Assembly (NCBI GenBank): GCA_964553245.1
Contig: CAZKJM010000001.1
Coordinates: 362,667-426,666, forward strand
Direction: 5' to 3'
Length of the DNA: 64,000 nucleotides
Source of the DNA: an uncultured Gammaproteobacteria bacterium
GTDB lineage: Bacteria; Patescibacteriota; Microgenomatia; Levybacterales; UBA12049
Shown here piece after piece: positions 1 through 11,034 of this stretch. Every line of letters starts with the position of its first letter. Position 1 is the stretch's first letter. The position numbers and the translations under genes were made by a program. The notes under the pieces were generated by a model. It was given only the letters and a program-made list of their open reading frames with translations, was not told the origin of the DNA and ran no database searches.

Positions 1-556
1 TTAAAAATAATATAAAAGCTTTTTCAGAAAAATTAATACTTATAAGAAATGAAAACGTGGAAAAAATGTAAAATAATTTATTCTTTTTGGAAAGTATAAA
101 AAATAAAAATGATAAAAAAAAGAAAAAAGAATACATAATATAACCTGCACCTGAAATCCATACAATTGATTCCGATAGGATCGGATGAATTACAAAAATT
201 GTTGTAGCAAAAATTGCCGTTTTTTTATTAATTAAAATAGAAAAAATAATAAAAATTAAAACCGAGGATAAAAAATGAGTAAATATATTTACAAATCTAA
301 AAACTGCTGGATTTAATCCTGATATCTTATTTCTTAAATAAAAATCTATTCTATTTAAGGAAAAATCTTCTCTAACATATTCAAAGCTTGAAATATTTTG
401 ATTAACTATGCCACCTATATCATCGGAAATAAAATCATTATTAACAGAATTGATATAGGTAAAAAAAACTAAGCAAGCAAAAACCATTACCCAAACAAAA
501 TTTTCTTTAAAAAATTTTACAAAAGAAAAATTATTTATATTTAGATCCCTATTCAT
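1..556 (-). CDS. TMTC-like GT-C membrane glycosyltransferase, N-terminal part (runs off window)
   Basis: Not in ORF track; hand translation from ATG at 556 gives TM helix then YINSVNNDFISDD...HPILSESIVWISG, the TMTC/PMT-like motifs. Confidence 0.7.
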   Translation of the reverse strand, partial: MNRDLNINNFSFVKFFKENFVWVMVFACLVFFTYINSVNNDFISDDIGGIVNQNISSFEYVREDFSLNRIDFYLRNKISGLNPAVFRFVNIFTHFLSSVLIFIIFSILINKKTAIFATTIFVIHPILSESIVWISGAGYIMYSFFFFLSFLFFILSKKNKLFYIFSTFSFLISINFSEKAFILFL

Positions 557-1079
557 TTTTTATTTTGTGAATATATATCTTATTTTCTTGATCATATTTT
601 ATAAGTGGTAATTCCATCTTGTATTTATAGCTTATTATTTTTGTATTAGGTTTTAATTCTTTTACTAATTTTGGGATTATTTTTTTAAGGACCCTTGGAA
701 CCAGATACATGGAAATTATTGTTGCGCCTGATAAATCTTCTTTAAAAAAATTTTCCTTTTTTACTTTTATTTTTTTAGATAAATTATTAAAACATACTCT
801 TGTCTTGCTAATTAAAAATCTAGCCGGATCAATTTCTATCCCGATACACCTTGCTCCATATTCTTTTGAAGCAACAATAACTAAACTGCCATCACCGCAA
901 CCAAGATCATAAACAATATCTTTAGAAGTAACTTCAGCCAATTTACAGATTTTCCTAGCGGTTTTTTTACTTGTTCTCCACCAAGGAGACCATGGGCTAT
1001 CAGGCGGCCAAGTCATAGAAAGAAGAATAAGCAAAAAAATTAAAATTATTACTACTATTGAATTAATTATTATTAACAT
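549..1079 (-). CDS. Class I SAM-dependent methyltransferase with N-terminal TM helix
   Basis: VYDLGCGDG motif I; GIEID. Confidence 0.85.
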   Translation of the reverse strand: MLIIINSIVVIILIFLLILLSMTWPPDSPWSPWWRTSKKTARKICKLAEVTSKDIVYDLGCGDGSLVIVASKEYGARCIGIEIDPARFLISKTRVCFNNLSKKIKVKKENFFKEDLSGATIISMYLVPRVLKKIIPKLVKELKPNTKIISYKYKMELPLIKYDQENKIYIHKIKNE

Positions 1080-1121
1080 CGTCCTGTTTTAATTATATAT
1101 TTCAAAAAATACAATCAAAGA

Positions 1122-2153
1122 TTGTCTTTTAACTTAGCTTCTGCTAAGATTTTATTGACTATGAATAATTCATTCTTAAAATATATCTGGCAAAATCATT
1201 TTTTAGCATCGATTATTATAGTTCTTTTTGGTTATTTTATATTCCTTATTAAGGATATTCTAATTTTAGCATTTATTTCTTTTATTATTATGGCCACTCT
1301 TTCTCCTGCGGTAAAGTTTCTTAAATCAAAAAGGATTCCCAATATGGTTTCTGTTATACTATCTTACTTTTCTGCCTTAGGAATATTATTATTGATAATT
1401 TTTCCTTTAGTTCCTTTCTTCGTATCTCAAATGCAATCCTTGTTTAATAGCCTTCCAAAATATGTGGATCAAGTGGCTTTATTATTTAAACTACCTACCT
1501 CAAGTCAGCAAATAAACTCTTTTTTAGCAACGGAAGTAAATATTATAAGTAAAAATGCATTCACTGTAACCAGCAGACTATTTGGAGGATTCTTCTCTAC
1601 GCTTACGGTTTTTGTAATCAGTTTTTATATGCTATTGGATAAACAAAGGGTTCAAAATGGAATAATATCATTGTTTCCTAAAAACAACCAAAAGAAAGCA
1701 ATGGAAACATTAATTCAGGTTGAAGAAAAGCTTGGAGCCTGGTTTAGGGGACAAGTCATCCTTTGCTTCTCTATTGGATTCTTAACGTGGCTTACGTTAA
1801 CTATTTTGGGTTTGAATTTTGCACTTCCTCTAGCAGTTGTTGCGGGATTACTGGAAATAATACCAACGATTGGACCAATAATTTCGTCTATACCGGCAAT
1901 AATTGTTGCGTTAACAATTTCGCCAACAATGGCAATAATTGTTGCACTTTCCTACATTGTAATACAGGCGCTGGAAAACAACCTACTGGTTCCGAAGATT
2001 ATGCAGAAAGCAGTCGGATTAAATCCGATATTAATTATACTCGCGGTAATAACAGGAAGCAGAGTTATTGGCATCATTGGAGCTCTTCTTGCGATTCCAT
2101 TTATCTCAATGTTAATTATAGTATTTAGAGGAATTAAGTCTTCTTCAAATTAA
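1122..2153 (+). CDS. AI-2E family transporter
   Basis: Multi-TM; IPTIGP and QALENNLLVPKIM motifs. Confidence 0.9.
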   Translation: MSFNLASAKILLTMNNSFLKYIWQNHFLASIIIVLFGYFIFLIKDILILAFISFIIMATLSPAVKFLKSKRIPNMVSVILSYFSALGILLLIIFPLVPFFVSQMQSLFNSLPKYVDQVALLFKLPTSSQQINSFLATEVNIISKNAFTVTSRLFGGFFSTLTVFVISFYMLLDKQRVQNGIISLFPKNNQKKAMETLIQVEEKLGAWFRGQVILCFSIGFLTWLTLTILGLNFALPLAVVAGLLEIIPTIGPIISSIPAIIVALTISPTMAIIVALSYIVIQALENNLLVPKIMQKAVGLNPILIILAVITGSRVIGIIGALLAIPFISMLIIVFRGIKSSSN

Positions 2154-2187
2154 CAATATTGCTTCTTAACCTCCACCGTGATATTAT

Positions 2188-2742
2188 TTGGTCAAATATA
2201 TGAACAAATATATTTTGCCCAGCGCAATAATTTTTGGTCTTGTAATCATTGTTATCTATTCAGAAATCAATAAAAACCCCAACCAAAGTAAGATAGATAC
2301 ATCAATTACTACTACCCAACCATCAAGTGTTGAAAAACTTAATTCTCTCTCAACGACATCTACTAATGCATCCGCTCCTTTACCCGCTGGAGAGGATATT
2401 ATTAAGACTTTTTTTTCTTTAATCAACGAAAAAAAACCAGCTAATGCAATTAGCATGATGACAACAGAAATGATAGGAGATGAATCATCAAAACAAGCCT
2501 GGGGAGTTCAATTTAATAATATTAATTCCGTTTCTTTAAAAGAGATTAATTCATATTCAAAAAGTGAATGGGTTGAAGGCGAACAAATTTACAAGGTTAT
2601 CTTAGATATAAAAATGGACCCCAAATCTGTAAGCGCAGCAATTCCTTATTACGGTTGGGAAAATGGAGAAAATACCAGGTGGATTGTTATAAAAAAAGAT
2701 GGTAATCTTTGGAAAATATCTTCGATAAACACCGGTCCTTAA
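2188..2742 (+). CDS. Membrane-anchored exported protein (NTF2/DUF4829-like C-terminus)
   Basis: N-terminal TM, S/T linker, WKISSINTGP end. Confidence 0.6.
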   Translation: MVKYMNKYILPSAIIFGLVIIVIYSEINKNPNQSKIDTSITTTQPSSVEKLNSLSTTSTNASAPLPAGEDIIKTFFSLINEKKPANAISMMTTEMIGDESSKQAWGVQFNNINSVSLKEINSYSKSEWVEGEQIYKVILDIKMDPKSVSAAIPYYGWENGENTRWIVIKKDGNLWKISSINTGP

Positions 2743-2824
2743 AGTAATTACTCAACTATCAAAATTGCTCATTTCTGCAATAAAAAATTATTATTGACTT
2801 TAAAAGAATGGATAAATATAAGTT

Positions 2825-3601
2825 TTATTTTTTAGGAAACCACGGCAAGAATATACTGGTTCTTTTTTTATATAAATCAAAATCCTTATTTCCAATATAT
2901 TTCTTTTCTAAAAGGGGAATTCCAGAAACTTTTAAAATTAGATATGTAATCAATATCGGCGACAGTATACTTAAATACCAATATTGAAATTCTAATGATA
3001 TTAAAAAAATCCCCCACCACATCGTTACTTCTCCGAAATAATTAGGATGCCTTGTGTATTTCCAAAGACCCTTTGTTATGATTTTACCTTTGTTTTGCGG
3101 ATTTCTTTTAAAAATATATAATTGCCAATCCCCAACTGCTTCGAAAAAATATCCCAATATCCAAATTAATACGCCTATAAAGCTAATAAAATTTAAGTCA
3201 ATATTATTTAATGAATTAGTAACAATAATGGGTAAAGATACAATAAATAGAAAAACTCCTTGTAGGATAAAAACTTGAAAATATGTTTTTAAGTAAAAAT
3301 TTTCCATCCATTCATTTCTCCATTTTTTATACCTAAAATCTTCTTTTTTATTTTTATTCCTAAGATAAATTTGAAATGCTAATCTTAGTCCCCATAAAAA
3401 AATCAACGTATTTAACAAAATTTGTTTTTGACCAAAATTTTTGTCTAAAAACAAAGTTAGTGTAGAAATAAAAATAAAACCAAGACCCCAAGCTATATCT
3501 GCAATGTCGTTTCTTTTCTTTAGAACAGAAATAAAAAAGAAAACATTCATATACAAAAACAGTCCTATAAAAGAGGTTAAAGCCAAATTAAGAAAATCCA
3601 T
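2825..3601 (-). CDS. DUF1295 / steroid 5-alpha-reductase-like membrane protein
   Basis: EDFRY and [14 protein letters not shown] motifs. Confidence 0.9.
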   Translation of the reverse strand: MDFLNLALTSFIGLFLYMNVFFFISVLKKRNDIADIAWGLGFIFISTLTLFLDKNFGQKQILLNTLIFLWGLRLAFQIYLRNKNKKEDFRYKKWRNEWMENFYLKTYFQVFILQGVFLFIVSLPIIVTNSLNNIDLNFISFIGVLIWILGYFFEAVGDWQLYIFKRNPQNKGKIITKGLWKYTRHPNYFGEVTMWWGIFLISLEFQYWYLSILSPILITYLILKVSGIPLLEKKYIGNKDFDLYKKRTSIFLPWFPKK

Positions 3602-3996
3602 TATTTAAGCCAATTAGAAATAATTATTGCAATATAGCCAACTGTGCCACAAAGAAGTGTGCCCCAAATCATATCTATAATTGTCATTTTTAAAGACCAA
3701 TTAGCAAGAGTTGCAAGATTGGTAAGATCATAAACTCCGTAAGAAAGAAAACCAAAAATTCCTGCCCAAATAAATCCTTGCCATGGATCTGATGAGTTTC
3801 TTGATAACGAAAATACTACAATCCCTAAAACCAAAACCAAGTATACTGATATTGCCGCCGGCCAATTTAACGTTCTTTCAAACGAAGATAACTCTTGATC
3901 GTATATTTTTTTTGCTATTAAACCAAGCCAAATAAAATCGATTACTAAAAATATCGGCAAGGAAATTAAAAATACCTTTAAATAATGTACGAGCAT
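3601..3996 (-). CDS. DUF2177 membrane protein
   Basis: [22 protein letters not shown]. Confidence 0.9.
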   Translation of the reverse strand: MLVHYLKVFLISLPIFLVIDFIWLGLIAKKIYDQELSSFERTLNWPAAISVYLVLVLGIVVFSLSRNSSDPWQGFIWAGIFGFLSYGVYDLTNLATLANWSLKMTIIDMIWGTLLCGTVGYIAIIISNWLK

Positions 3997-4002
3997 ACTT
4001 AC

Positions 4003-4560
4003 TTATTCTCCTATATTATTTGTTTTTAAATTATTCATCATTTGCTCTTGAAGTTTACTTAAATCAGTAAAAACTACTGTATCTGGTGGATTAAATATTG
4101 AGTCCGGAACAACAACTGACGAACACTTGTCTTTAAATTTTTCTAATTCAGCTATTATCTCATCTTTATTAGCTTGATCCGATAATTCTTGATTATTCTT
4201 TGCAGTCTTTTCATTTATTTCCATCACTATTCCGTCCTTTTCTCCCTCGCTCCAACTCCACATTTTGTTTTCTTTAAAAATAGCGTTACCTGTCTTTACA
4301 TTGCTTTTTGCCCCCTCCACCATTATTCTGACCTTGTCCCCTTTGATATAAGTTATTGTTTTTCCTTCATTGCCCTGATATTCACATTTTAAACTTAGGG
4401 ATTTTGACATTGCGTCCTTTATTGAAGTAAATAGGTCTTTTTTTGTAGTTTGATTATTTAAAAACTTGGTTTCTGAAGGAGTATTTTTACTAATAAAAAA
4501 ATATCCTCCTATTACTAATAAAACTAAAACGATAATTATTGCAGGTAGATATTTTTTCAT
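4003..4560 (-). CDS. Membrane-anchored exported hypothetical protein
   Basis: N-terminal TM; SLKCEY...F.PP.V.F pattern. Confidence 0.65.
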   Translation of the reverse strand: MKKYLPAIIIVLVLLVIGGYFFISKNTPSETKFLNNQTTKKDLFTSIKDAMSKSLSLKCEYQGNEGKTITYIKGDKVRIMVEGAKSNVKTGNAIFKENKMWSWSEGEKDGIVMEINEKTAKNNQELSDQANKDEIIAELEKFKDKCSSVVVPDSIFNPPDTVVFTDLSKLQEQMMNNLKTNNIGE

Positions 4561-4644
4561 TTATGTTTTCCAATATTAAGTATACTACTTATTGTCAACA
4601 TTTGCTGGTTTGTTTTTTAAAAAAAATTATGCAATATTTTAAAA

Positions 4645-5001
4645 ATGATTTATAATAATACTATGGAAACTAAGCCACGCAGGAAAATGACAACTCCATT
4701 TGGTAAATATTTTAAATATTTGGATAAAATTGATAAATCGCCTAAGAAAGAGGAGTTTGGTTCAATGCTTATTCTTACTTTAGTTGAGGAGATTGGAGAA
4801 ATGTCCAGAGCTTATCTTGCAAAGCATGGCAGAAAACCATCAAATATCGCTGCTCAAAAAGACGAAACATACGAACAGGAACTAGGAGACATACTGGTGT
4901 CTATTATTAGATTTGCAAAAATTAAAAATATTGATCTTCATAAAAGAATAATGTACTCTTTAAGAAAAATAAAAAGAAGAAAAAATAAGCCTAAGATATG
5001 A
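4645..5001 (+). CDS. MazG-like nucleotide pyrophosphohydrolase
   Basis: LVEEIGE...QELGD motif. Confidence 0.8.
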   Translation: MIYNNTMETKPRRKMTTPFGKYFKYLDKIDKSPKKEEFGSMLILTLVEEIGEMSRAYLAKHGRKPSNIAAQKDETYEQELGDILVSIIRFAKIKNIDLHKRIMYSLRKIKRRKNKPKI

Positions 5002-5006
5002 TGAAA

Positions 5007-6053
5007 TTACTTTCTTGTTGTTATTAGAAAATCTTCTTCAAGTTTTGAATTTTCCAAGACATTTAAATGTCCTAACTCTGCTTCTAAAACATAAATAATC
5101 TCTTTTTTAAGGTCTTCGTCTATATCCTGTTTATATTCAAGAATTGAGTCCCCCGTTTCTGTATCGTCTGCGTTGCCTGTCTCTAAATTTTCTTCCCTAA
5201 AGCCTTCATTTATTAACAATTTTTTAATCTCTCCCGCTTGTCCAGAAATCCCCGATCCGTTTAAAATAGTTATCTTTACGCTTTCTTTTTCTTTGGGTTT
5301 TATCTCCTTTTTAAGCTGTAGCGTAGTTGTCGTACTTACCACCTTTACCTTATTATTTAGCTTATTTAAATTTTGATTTGAAAGAATAATTAAAACAACC
5401 CCTGTTATTATAAACAGCAATGTAATGATTAAAGCAAAACATACCAAGTACTGTTCTTTTTTCCTAGCTTTTTTAGCTTGATAATCGTCTTTATTAATCT
5501 TTAGCCCTATCTCCTTTTCCTTTAAAAGTAATAAATTATTATTTAAAATTTTTTTGTTTTTTATAATTTTTTTATAATTTTCTCTGTCTAATCCGTTTGT
5601 TAAACTACCATAAACTGACGCAGGTAAAACAGAAATTACGTTCCAGTCAATATTTTCCAAAATTCTTACTAAGCTTTCGTATAAGTTTTTATTAACAATA
5701 ATTATATGAAAAACTTCTTTTTCTTCTAACTTTAATAAGGTGGTCTTTTCTGGCGAAAAACCAATACTTTCTTTAAATAGGTCTAATTCTTTTTCGTAAT
5801 CTTCGGACTCTTTTTTTGAAATTATTTTTTCGGATACTAATTCATCCGCTAATAAAATTAGGGATTTTTGTATTTTAAAATCTATTTTATTAATGAATCC
5901 TATTACTTCTTCTTTAAACTTATCCTGATTTAACACTTGCTTATCTTTAATTACTTCCGTTGAAAATTCATAATAAGCAGAGCCTTTGGGGACTACAATC
6001 TCTAGTGATTTTTCTCTTAAATAAAATATTGCTGTTTTATTTTGGGCAAACAT
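5007..6053 (-). CDS. Membrane protein with LytR C-terminal domain
   Basis: TM then ITILNGSGISGQA...GNAD. Confidence 0.8.
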   Translation of the reverse strand: MFAQNKTAIFYLREKSLEIVVPKGSAYYEFSTEVIKDKQVLNQDKFKEEVIGFINKIDFKIQKSLILLADELVSEKIISKKESEDYEKELDLFKESIGFSPEKTTLLKLEEKEVFHIIIVNKNLYESLVRILENIDWNVISVLPASVYGSLTNGLDRENYKKIIKNKKILNNNLLLLKEKEIGLKINKDDYQAKKARKKEQYLVCFALIITLLFIITGVVLIILSNQNLNKLNNKVKVVSTTTTLQLKKEIKPKEKESVKITILNGSGISGQAGEIKKLLINEGFREENLETGNADDTETGDSILEYKQDIDEDLKKEIIYVLEAELGHLNVLENSKLEEDFLITTRK

Positions 6054-6099
6054 AAAACTTTATTCTATTATAGTATAGCAGTTTAATATGTGATACGAT

Positions 6100-6591
6100 T
6101 TACGAAATAATTTTAAAGTCGATAACACTTTCGTTTTCATCAAATAAAAACCACGCGTTAATTTTTTGACCGGATAAAACCTTCGGTAGCCAATACATAT
6201 CGTCGTGCCACATTTTCTTAAAAGGCAATCTGCTTACAGAAAACCACCTTGGTCTCATTTCATCTGTTTCAATTGGTTCATTTTTCCACTTGCTACATAT
6301 AAAAATAATTACTCTTTGATTAAATTCGGGGTTGTTTTTAAAATAAAAATCAATCTTTCCCATTCTCTTTATGTTTTTTACGCTTATGCCAACTTCCTCT
6401 TTAATTTCTCTTATTGCCGCTTTTTTTATAGTTTCCTTTTCTTGAGGTTTGCCGCCAATTCCATTCCATTTTCCTTTTCCGAATCCTCTCTTCTTAAATC
6501 CCAACAAAACCTTATCCTTGTTTAGTAAAAAACAAAGAGTAACTTTTCTTAATTTTTTATTTTTCTCATTCAAAAACGTCTTTTTTACCAT
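6100..6591 (-). CDS. NUDIX hydrolase, 8-oxo-dGTPase (MTH1-like)
   Basis: KKRGFGKGKWNGIGGK, Nudix box, MW.DD.YW. Confidence 0.9.
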   Translation of the reverse strand: MVKKTFLNEKNKKLRKVTLCFLLNKDKVLLGFKKRGFGKGKWNGIGGKPQEKETIKKAAIREIKEEVGISVKNIKRMGKIDFYFKNNPEFNQRVIIFICSKWKNEPIETDEMRPRWFSVSRLPFKKMWHDDMYWLPKVLSGQKINAWFLFDENESVIDFKIIS

Positions 6592-6598
6592 AATACAT

Positions 6599-7759
6599 TC
6601 ACTCTCTACTTAAAACTCCTCTCAAATAAAACGAAAGTAAAAGAATAATAAAGGCTGATATCAAAAAGGGTGAACTTCGACCGGATAATTCATATAATTT
6701 TCCGCCTGCAATTGGACCTATTACCCTTCCTATGCTCCCCGCAGATTGCAAGATACCAAGAGCTTCTCCATACTCTTCTTTTTTAACACTTTTTGACGCC
6801 ATTGATTGGAGAACCGGTCCTAAAATGCCGTTGCCGATTGCTAAAAACAACAGGGCAAAACCGATTAATAAATAACTTTTTCCTATAGGTAGAATCAATA
6901 AGCCCAAGCTAAAAACAGGAAGTGCATTTAAAAGAATTTTTCTTTCGGAAAGTTTCCTTGATATTATTGGCAATATTTTTAATTGTGTAAAAACCGCGAT
7001 AATTCCTATATAAGCGAATAAGTAACCGTTTTCGCTTGGACCAAAAGAATATGTTTCCTTTGCCCACAAAGCAAAAACTCCTTGAAACAAAGAAAACGCA
7101 AGGCTTATAACCAAAAATGTGATTATAAAATAAGAAAATGGCTTTATTTTAAGTTCATTTATTATTCTAAAAAAAGATATCTTTAATTTTTGGCTTTTTA
7201 CCGTTTTTTTAAGATCTATTGTTTCCTCTAAAACAACTGCTGTTAAGATTGTTGTTAATAACGATATTGCTGCTGCAAAAAAGGCAGGAGCCCAAAATCC
7301 GTACTTTGCCAAAACTCCACCAACAGCCGGACCAAAAATAAATCCTAAACCAAAAGCTGCTCCAAGCACGCTCATTCCTTTAGTTCTTTCCTCTTTTTTA
7401 GTAATATCAGAAATGTAAGCTTGCGCTATAGAAATATTTCCTCCAGTAATACCGTCTATAACTCTTGAAAGAAAGACTATCCAAAGATTTGTGCTTAAAC
7501 CGAGGATAACAAAACCGATAGTGCTTCCTACTTGGGATATAATTAGTAATTTTTTTCTTCCATATTTATCAGATAATTGCCCTAATATCGGAGTCGAGAA
7601 AAACTGCACCAGAGAATAAGATGATGCTAAAGCCCCAATTTCAAATGCTCCTCCTCCAAATTTTTCTGCAATAAACGGCAAAAGCGGCAGAATAAGACCA
7701 AAGCCAAAAAGACTCATAAAAACTATCAAGAAAATTGCCACGAGTGGTTTTTTATGCAT
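6599..7759 (-). CDS. MFS transporter, TetA/DHA1-like
   Basis: GQLSDKYGRKK motif A; 12 TM. Confidence 0.9.
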   Translation of the reverse strand: MHKKPLVAIFLIVFMSLFGFGLILPLLPFIAEKFGGGAFEIGALASSYSLVQFFSTPILGQLSDKYGRKKLLIISQVGSTIGFVILGLSTNLWIVFLSRVIDGITGGNISIAQAYISDITKKEERTKGMSVLGAAFGLGFIFGPAVGGVLAKYGFWAPAFFAAAISLLTTILTAVVLEETIDLKKTVKSQKLKISFFRIINELKIKPFSYFIITFLVISLAFSLFQGVFALWAKETYSFGPSENGYLFAYIGIIAVFTQLKILPIISRKLSERKILLNALPVFSLGLLILPIGKSYLLIGFALLFLAIGNGILGPVLQSMASKSVKKEEYGEALGILQSAGSIGRVIGPIAGGKLYELSGRSSPFLISAFIILLLSFYLRGVLSRE

Positions 7760-7858
7760 AAAGAATTATTTTAACATATTATTTTTTATTTAATTGACAT
7801 TATCCCGCTATTTATATATAAAAAGTTTATCTATTGTTAAGAGTGTTTTTTAACACTT

Positions 7859-9631
7859 ATGAAGATATTTTCTTTAAGAAAAAAGAAGTGGATTGTCTAT
7901 GTAATTTTTTTGCTCATCTTTTTTTATCTCTCTTGTTTTATAACCTACCCGTTAATTTTTAATTTGGGTCGCCTTTCGACAGGGTTTGCGGATGAATTAC
8001 TAATAGCATGGATTCAAAACTGGAATATTCATACATTTTTAAACCACCCATCAAATATTCTTGGCATCTTTAACACAAACTCTTTCTACCCTTATTTGAA
8101 CACTCTTGCGTATTCTGAAACATTTTTAACCTCGAGTATATTATCTTTAGTACCAATAATTTTTATTAAAGAACCTATTGCTGCCAATAATTTTACTATC
8201 ATTTCTTCTTTAACACTGCTCGGATTTTTTTCTTACATATTATCTTTTTATATAACAAAAAAGCATCTTTTTTCTTTTTTATCCGGTATTCTAATACAAT
8301 TTTCCCCAGCAATACTTGATAAAATTGTACATATTCAAGTATTAACAGTTTACTTTTTTCCGTTGTCAATTTATTTTTTATTAAATTTTTTAAAAACAAA
8401 AAAATATATTTATTATTTATTATTTCTTCTTATTTTATTGGCTCAAATTTACAATAGTTTTTTACCCGGCTACTATATAATTTTTTCCTCTCTGTTAATA
8501 ATTTTGTTTTTTATATTAAAAGACAAAAAAAGAATAAAATTATTTATTTCTAAAAAAATTATTTTTTCTTCTTTAATCTTGGTTCTTTTAATACTACCTG
8601 TAATTACTCCCTATTACTTCGTATCGAGTGAATTCAAATACACAAGAGACCTAAGAGATTCTATTCACCTTGCTCTTCAACCCGAAGATCTTATATCCAC
8701 TAACTCATACAGTAAATTTAACAACATATTTTCAACTTTCTTTTTTAACAAATGTTCCTCTTCTAAATGCGATATAAAACCTGGTTTTATTGGTGGAATA
8801 TTTTCAATTCTTTCTGTTTTTTCAATTTTTTATCTAATTAAAAATTGGAAAAAAGAAGATCATACCATAAAAGGATTAACCGCTTCTGCTATCTTGGGAA
8901 TTATATTATCTCTTGGTCCATTTTTGCATTTATTTAGAGCTACTATACACAAACCTTTCCCAATTCCCCTTCCGTATTCTTTATTTTATTTTCTATTTCC
9001 CGGATTTAATGGCTTTCGTAATTCTTCTCGATTTGAGATATTATTTATACTTACGATAGCAATCTTAATCGCTTATGTGTTAAAAAATTTCTTTAAAAAA
9101 ACAAATAAAATAAAACTAGGAATTATTTCTGCTGTTCTTATCCTTGGAATTATTTATGAATTTAATTTTCCAATTAACTTTTATCCGATTTTACAAAAGA
9201 AAGATTTTCCAAAAGTATATACTTGGTTAGATAAAACTCCTAAGGAAACAGTGATAATTGAAATGCCGATTTTTACCTGGAATATGCAGCCTTATGTATT
9301 TAATGAAAATTGGCGACTTTATTATTCAACCGTGCATTTTAGAAATATGATTAATGGCGCAAGCGGTTTTTCCCCTTTCCCATGGCAAGATTTTGTAATT
9401 AAAGTGTTAAGAGAATTTCCGTCTAATAATTCTATTCTTGAATTAAAAAAAAGAAGGGTAGATTTAATAATTTTCCACAAAGAAGAATACGATAATCTTA
9501 ATAAAAATAATTTTTCTTTATCCGGAAAAAAAATCGATAACGGTAAAACTTTGTTTGATGTTTTAATAAAAAATCCAAACTTGAAATTAATCAAGGTTTT
9601 TAATCAGGACTATGTTTTTAGAATTAAATAA
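7859..9631 (+). CDS. Polytopic GT-C/YfhO-like membrane protein
   Basis: FYPY.NTLAYSE, LSLGP, PGFNGFR.SSRF, INGASG. Confidence 0.65.
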   Translation: MKIFSLRKKKWIVYVIFLLIFFYLSCFITYPLIFNLGRLSTGFADELLIAWIQNWNIHTFLNHPSNILGIFNTNSFYPYLNTLAYSETFLTSSILSLVPIIFIKEPIAANNFTIISSLTLLGFFSYILSFYITKKHLFSFLSGILIQFSPAILDKIVHIQVLTVYFFPLSIYFLLNFLKTKKYIYYLLFLLILLAQIYNSFLPGYYIIFSSLLIILFFILKDKKRIKLFISKKIIFSSLILVLLILPVITPYYFVSSEFKYTRDLRDSIHLALQPEDLISTNSYSKFNNIFSTFFFNKCSSSKCDIKPGFIGGIFSILSVFSIFYLIKNWKKEDHTIKGLTASAILGIILSLGPFLHLFRATIHKPFPIPLPYSLFYFLFPGFNGFRNSSRFEILFILTIAILIAYVLKNFFKKTNKIKLGIISAVLILGIIYEFNFPINFYPILQKKDFPKVYTWLDKTPKETVIIEMPIFTWNMQPYVFNENWRLYYSTVHFRNMINGASGFSPFPWQDFVIKVLREFPSNNSILELKKRRVDLIIFHKEEYDNLNKNNFSLSGKKIDNGKTLFDVLIKNPNLKLIKVFNQDYVFRIK

Positions 9632-9632
9632 A

Positions 9633-10139
9633 TTAATTTAGGATTACTATGAATAGATTTAAAAAAGAGGCAAAGCTAACCCAAAGTATATAAGGCAACA
9701 ACAAATAAGCCGATATTTTCGATATCTTATAAAATTTAATAATCGTTAACAAGATTGCTCCCCAAAGTATTATTATTTCAAAAAAAGCTAATAATGGATT
9801 TTGAAATCCAAAAAATAAAAACGACCATATTAAATTTAGCCCTAATTGTATTAAAAAAACTTGAATAGCCATTTTATTTTCTTTATTTTTAAAACCTTTT
9901 TTCCAAATTAAATACAAAGAAATTCCCATTAAAACATAGAGCGTTGTCCATACCGGAGCAAAAATCCAGTTTGGGGGATTAAAAGAAGGTTTATTTAATG
10001 TTGAGTACCAAGTTGGAATAGCAGGAGTTGTTGCAATAGAACCTAAAAAACCAATCGCCAAACAACCCACTGTCGAAATTAATAATTTAGAAAAATTGTT
10101 CATCTTAATAATTGTAGTCGACTTTTTTAAATTTATCAA
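9633..10139 (-). CDS. tspO: TspO/MBR sensory protein
   Basis: WY..LNKP.FNPP.W.F.PVW and LLPYILWVSFA. Confidence 0.92.
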   Translation of the reverse strand: MINLKKSTTIIKMNNFSKLLISTVGCLAIGFLGSIATTPAIPTWYSTLNKPSFNPPNWIFAPVWTTLYVLMGISLYLIWKKGFKNKENKMAIQVFLIQLGLNLIWSFLFFGFQNPLLAFFEIIILWGAILLTIIKFYKISKISAYLLLPYILWVSFASFLNLFIVILN

Positions 10140-10642
10140 ATTTTTCTACTGTCATATGCCCAATGAAGAAGTGCTTGTCTTTGTTTTTTTCGGCAACTTA
10201 AATCACCTTTTTTACAGTGTATTTTTATTTGTGCTATATGTCTTTTCATTGCCTTCCAGCGCATAATTTGCCTTTCATCGTCCGCAGTTCTTCTTCCAAT
10301 ATAATACCTACAATACCACTGAAACCAACCTCTTGGGTCTTGCTGATTTATCCAGCCTTTTTTCTGCCAATAAATTAATGGTTTTGAAGCGTCAACTTTA
10401 AAATAATTTAAAGAAGGGTTTTTTTTAAGAGGGGACAACTTTACATTTTTAAACCATTCTTTTGGAAATTCTTTTCTCGTATCGGTCATATATTTACCGC
10501 CAAAGACTCCAAGCTCCAACATTTGTTTAGGCGTTAAATTAGGTTTAAATTCAGGATCAAAGTTTTTTCCAACCGGTTCACTTAGTACATAACGATAATC
10601 TTTTTGCATTTTATCGCTTACTACAATTATTTTCTTTTTCAT
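10136..10642 (-). CDS. Conserved hypothetical protein
   Basis: F.P.LTP.QML..GVFGG.Y and DPRGWFQWYCRY motifs. Confidence 0.75.
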   Translation of the reverse strand: MKKKIIVVSDKMQKDYRYVLSEPVGKNFDPEFKPNLTPKQMLELGVFGGKYMTDTRKEFPKEWFKNVKLSPLKKNPSLNYFKVDASKPLIYWQKKGWINQQDPRGWFQWYCRYYIGRRTADDERQIMRWKAMKRHIAQIKIHCKKGDLSCRKKQRQALLHWAYDSRKI

Positions 10643-10655
10643 TTAATAAAAGAAG

Positions 10656-10886
10656 TTAAAGTTCGTATCCGCCTGCCGGCGGCTCCTCGGATTCTGTTAC
10701 GGCATAATAAACTTCGTTTGTATCAATCTCTACTCCATCATCAAAATCATACTCTTTATGATCTTCGTTATATTCTATAAGGTGTTTTTTAATCCCGTGG
10801 TACAAGGTTTTGGAGGCAGCCTCTTTACTTGTGTTAAAAGTATAAAAAACTTTAGTGCAGTATGAACACTTATGTGAATAGTACAT
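10656..10886 (-). CDS. Small acidic protein with CxxC...H putative Zn site
   Basis: CSYC; TATAAT a short distance upstream. Confidence 0.6.
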   Translation of the reverse strand: MYYSHKCSYCTKVFYTFNTSKEAASKTLYHGIKKHLIEYNEDHKEYDFDDGVEIDTNEVYYAVTESEEPPAGGYEL

Positions 10887-10947
10887 ATTTATTAATGTCT
10901 ATTATAATATAACCTTACAAATGATAAAATAAAACAAAGGAGGAATT

Positions 10948-11034
10948 ATGGCCAAGTCTAAAAGAAAAACAGTTGGAAAAGGTAATATTGCCAGAAGAAA
11001 AAGAGGCATCAGGCGAGGAACGCAACATAACTAA
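10948..11034 (+). CDS. 28-aa basic protein, bTHX-like candidate
   Basis: AAGGAGG SD at 10937-10943; MAKSKRKTVGKGNIARRKRGIRRGTQHN. Confidence 0.55.
   Translation: MAKSKRKTVGKGNIARRKRGIRRGTQHN

Noticed and set aside
10037-10045. TAGAACCTA match to the type A arm
   Set aside because: Inside tspO with no core or remaining arm; chance match.
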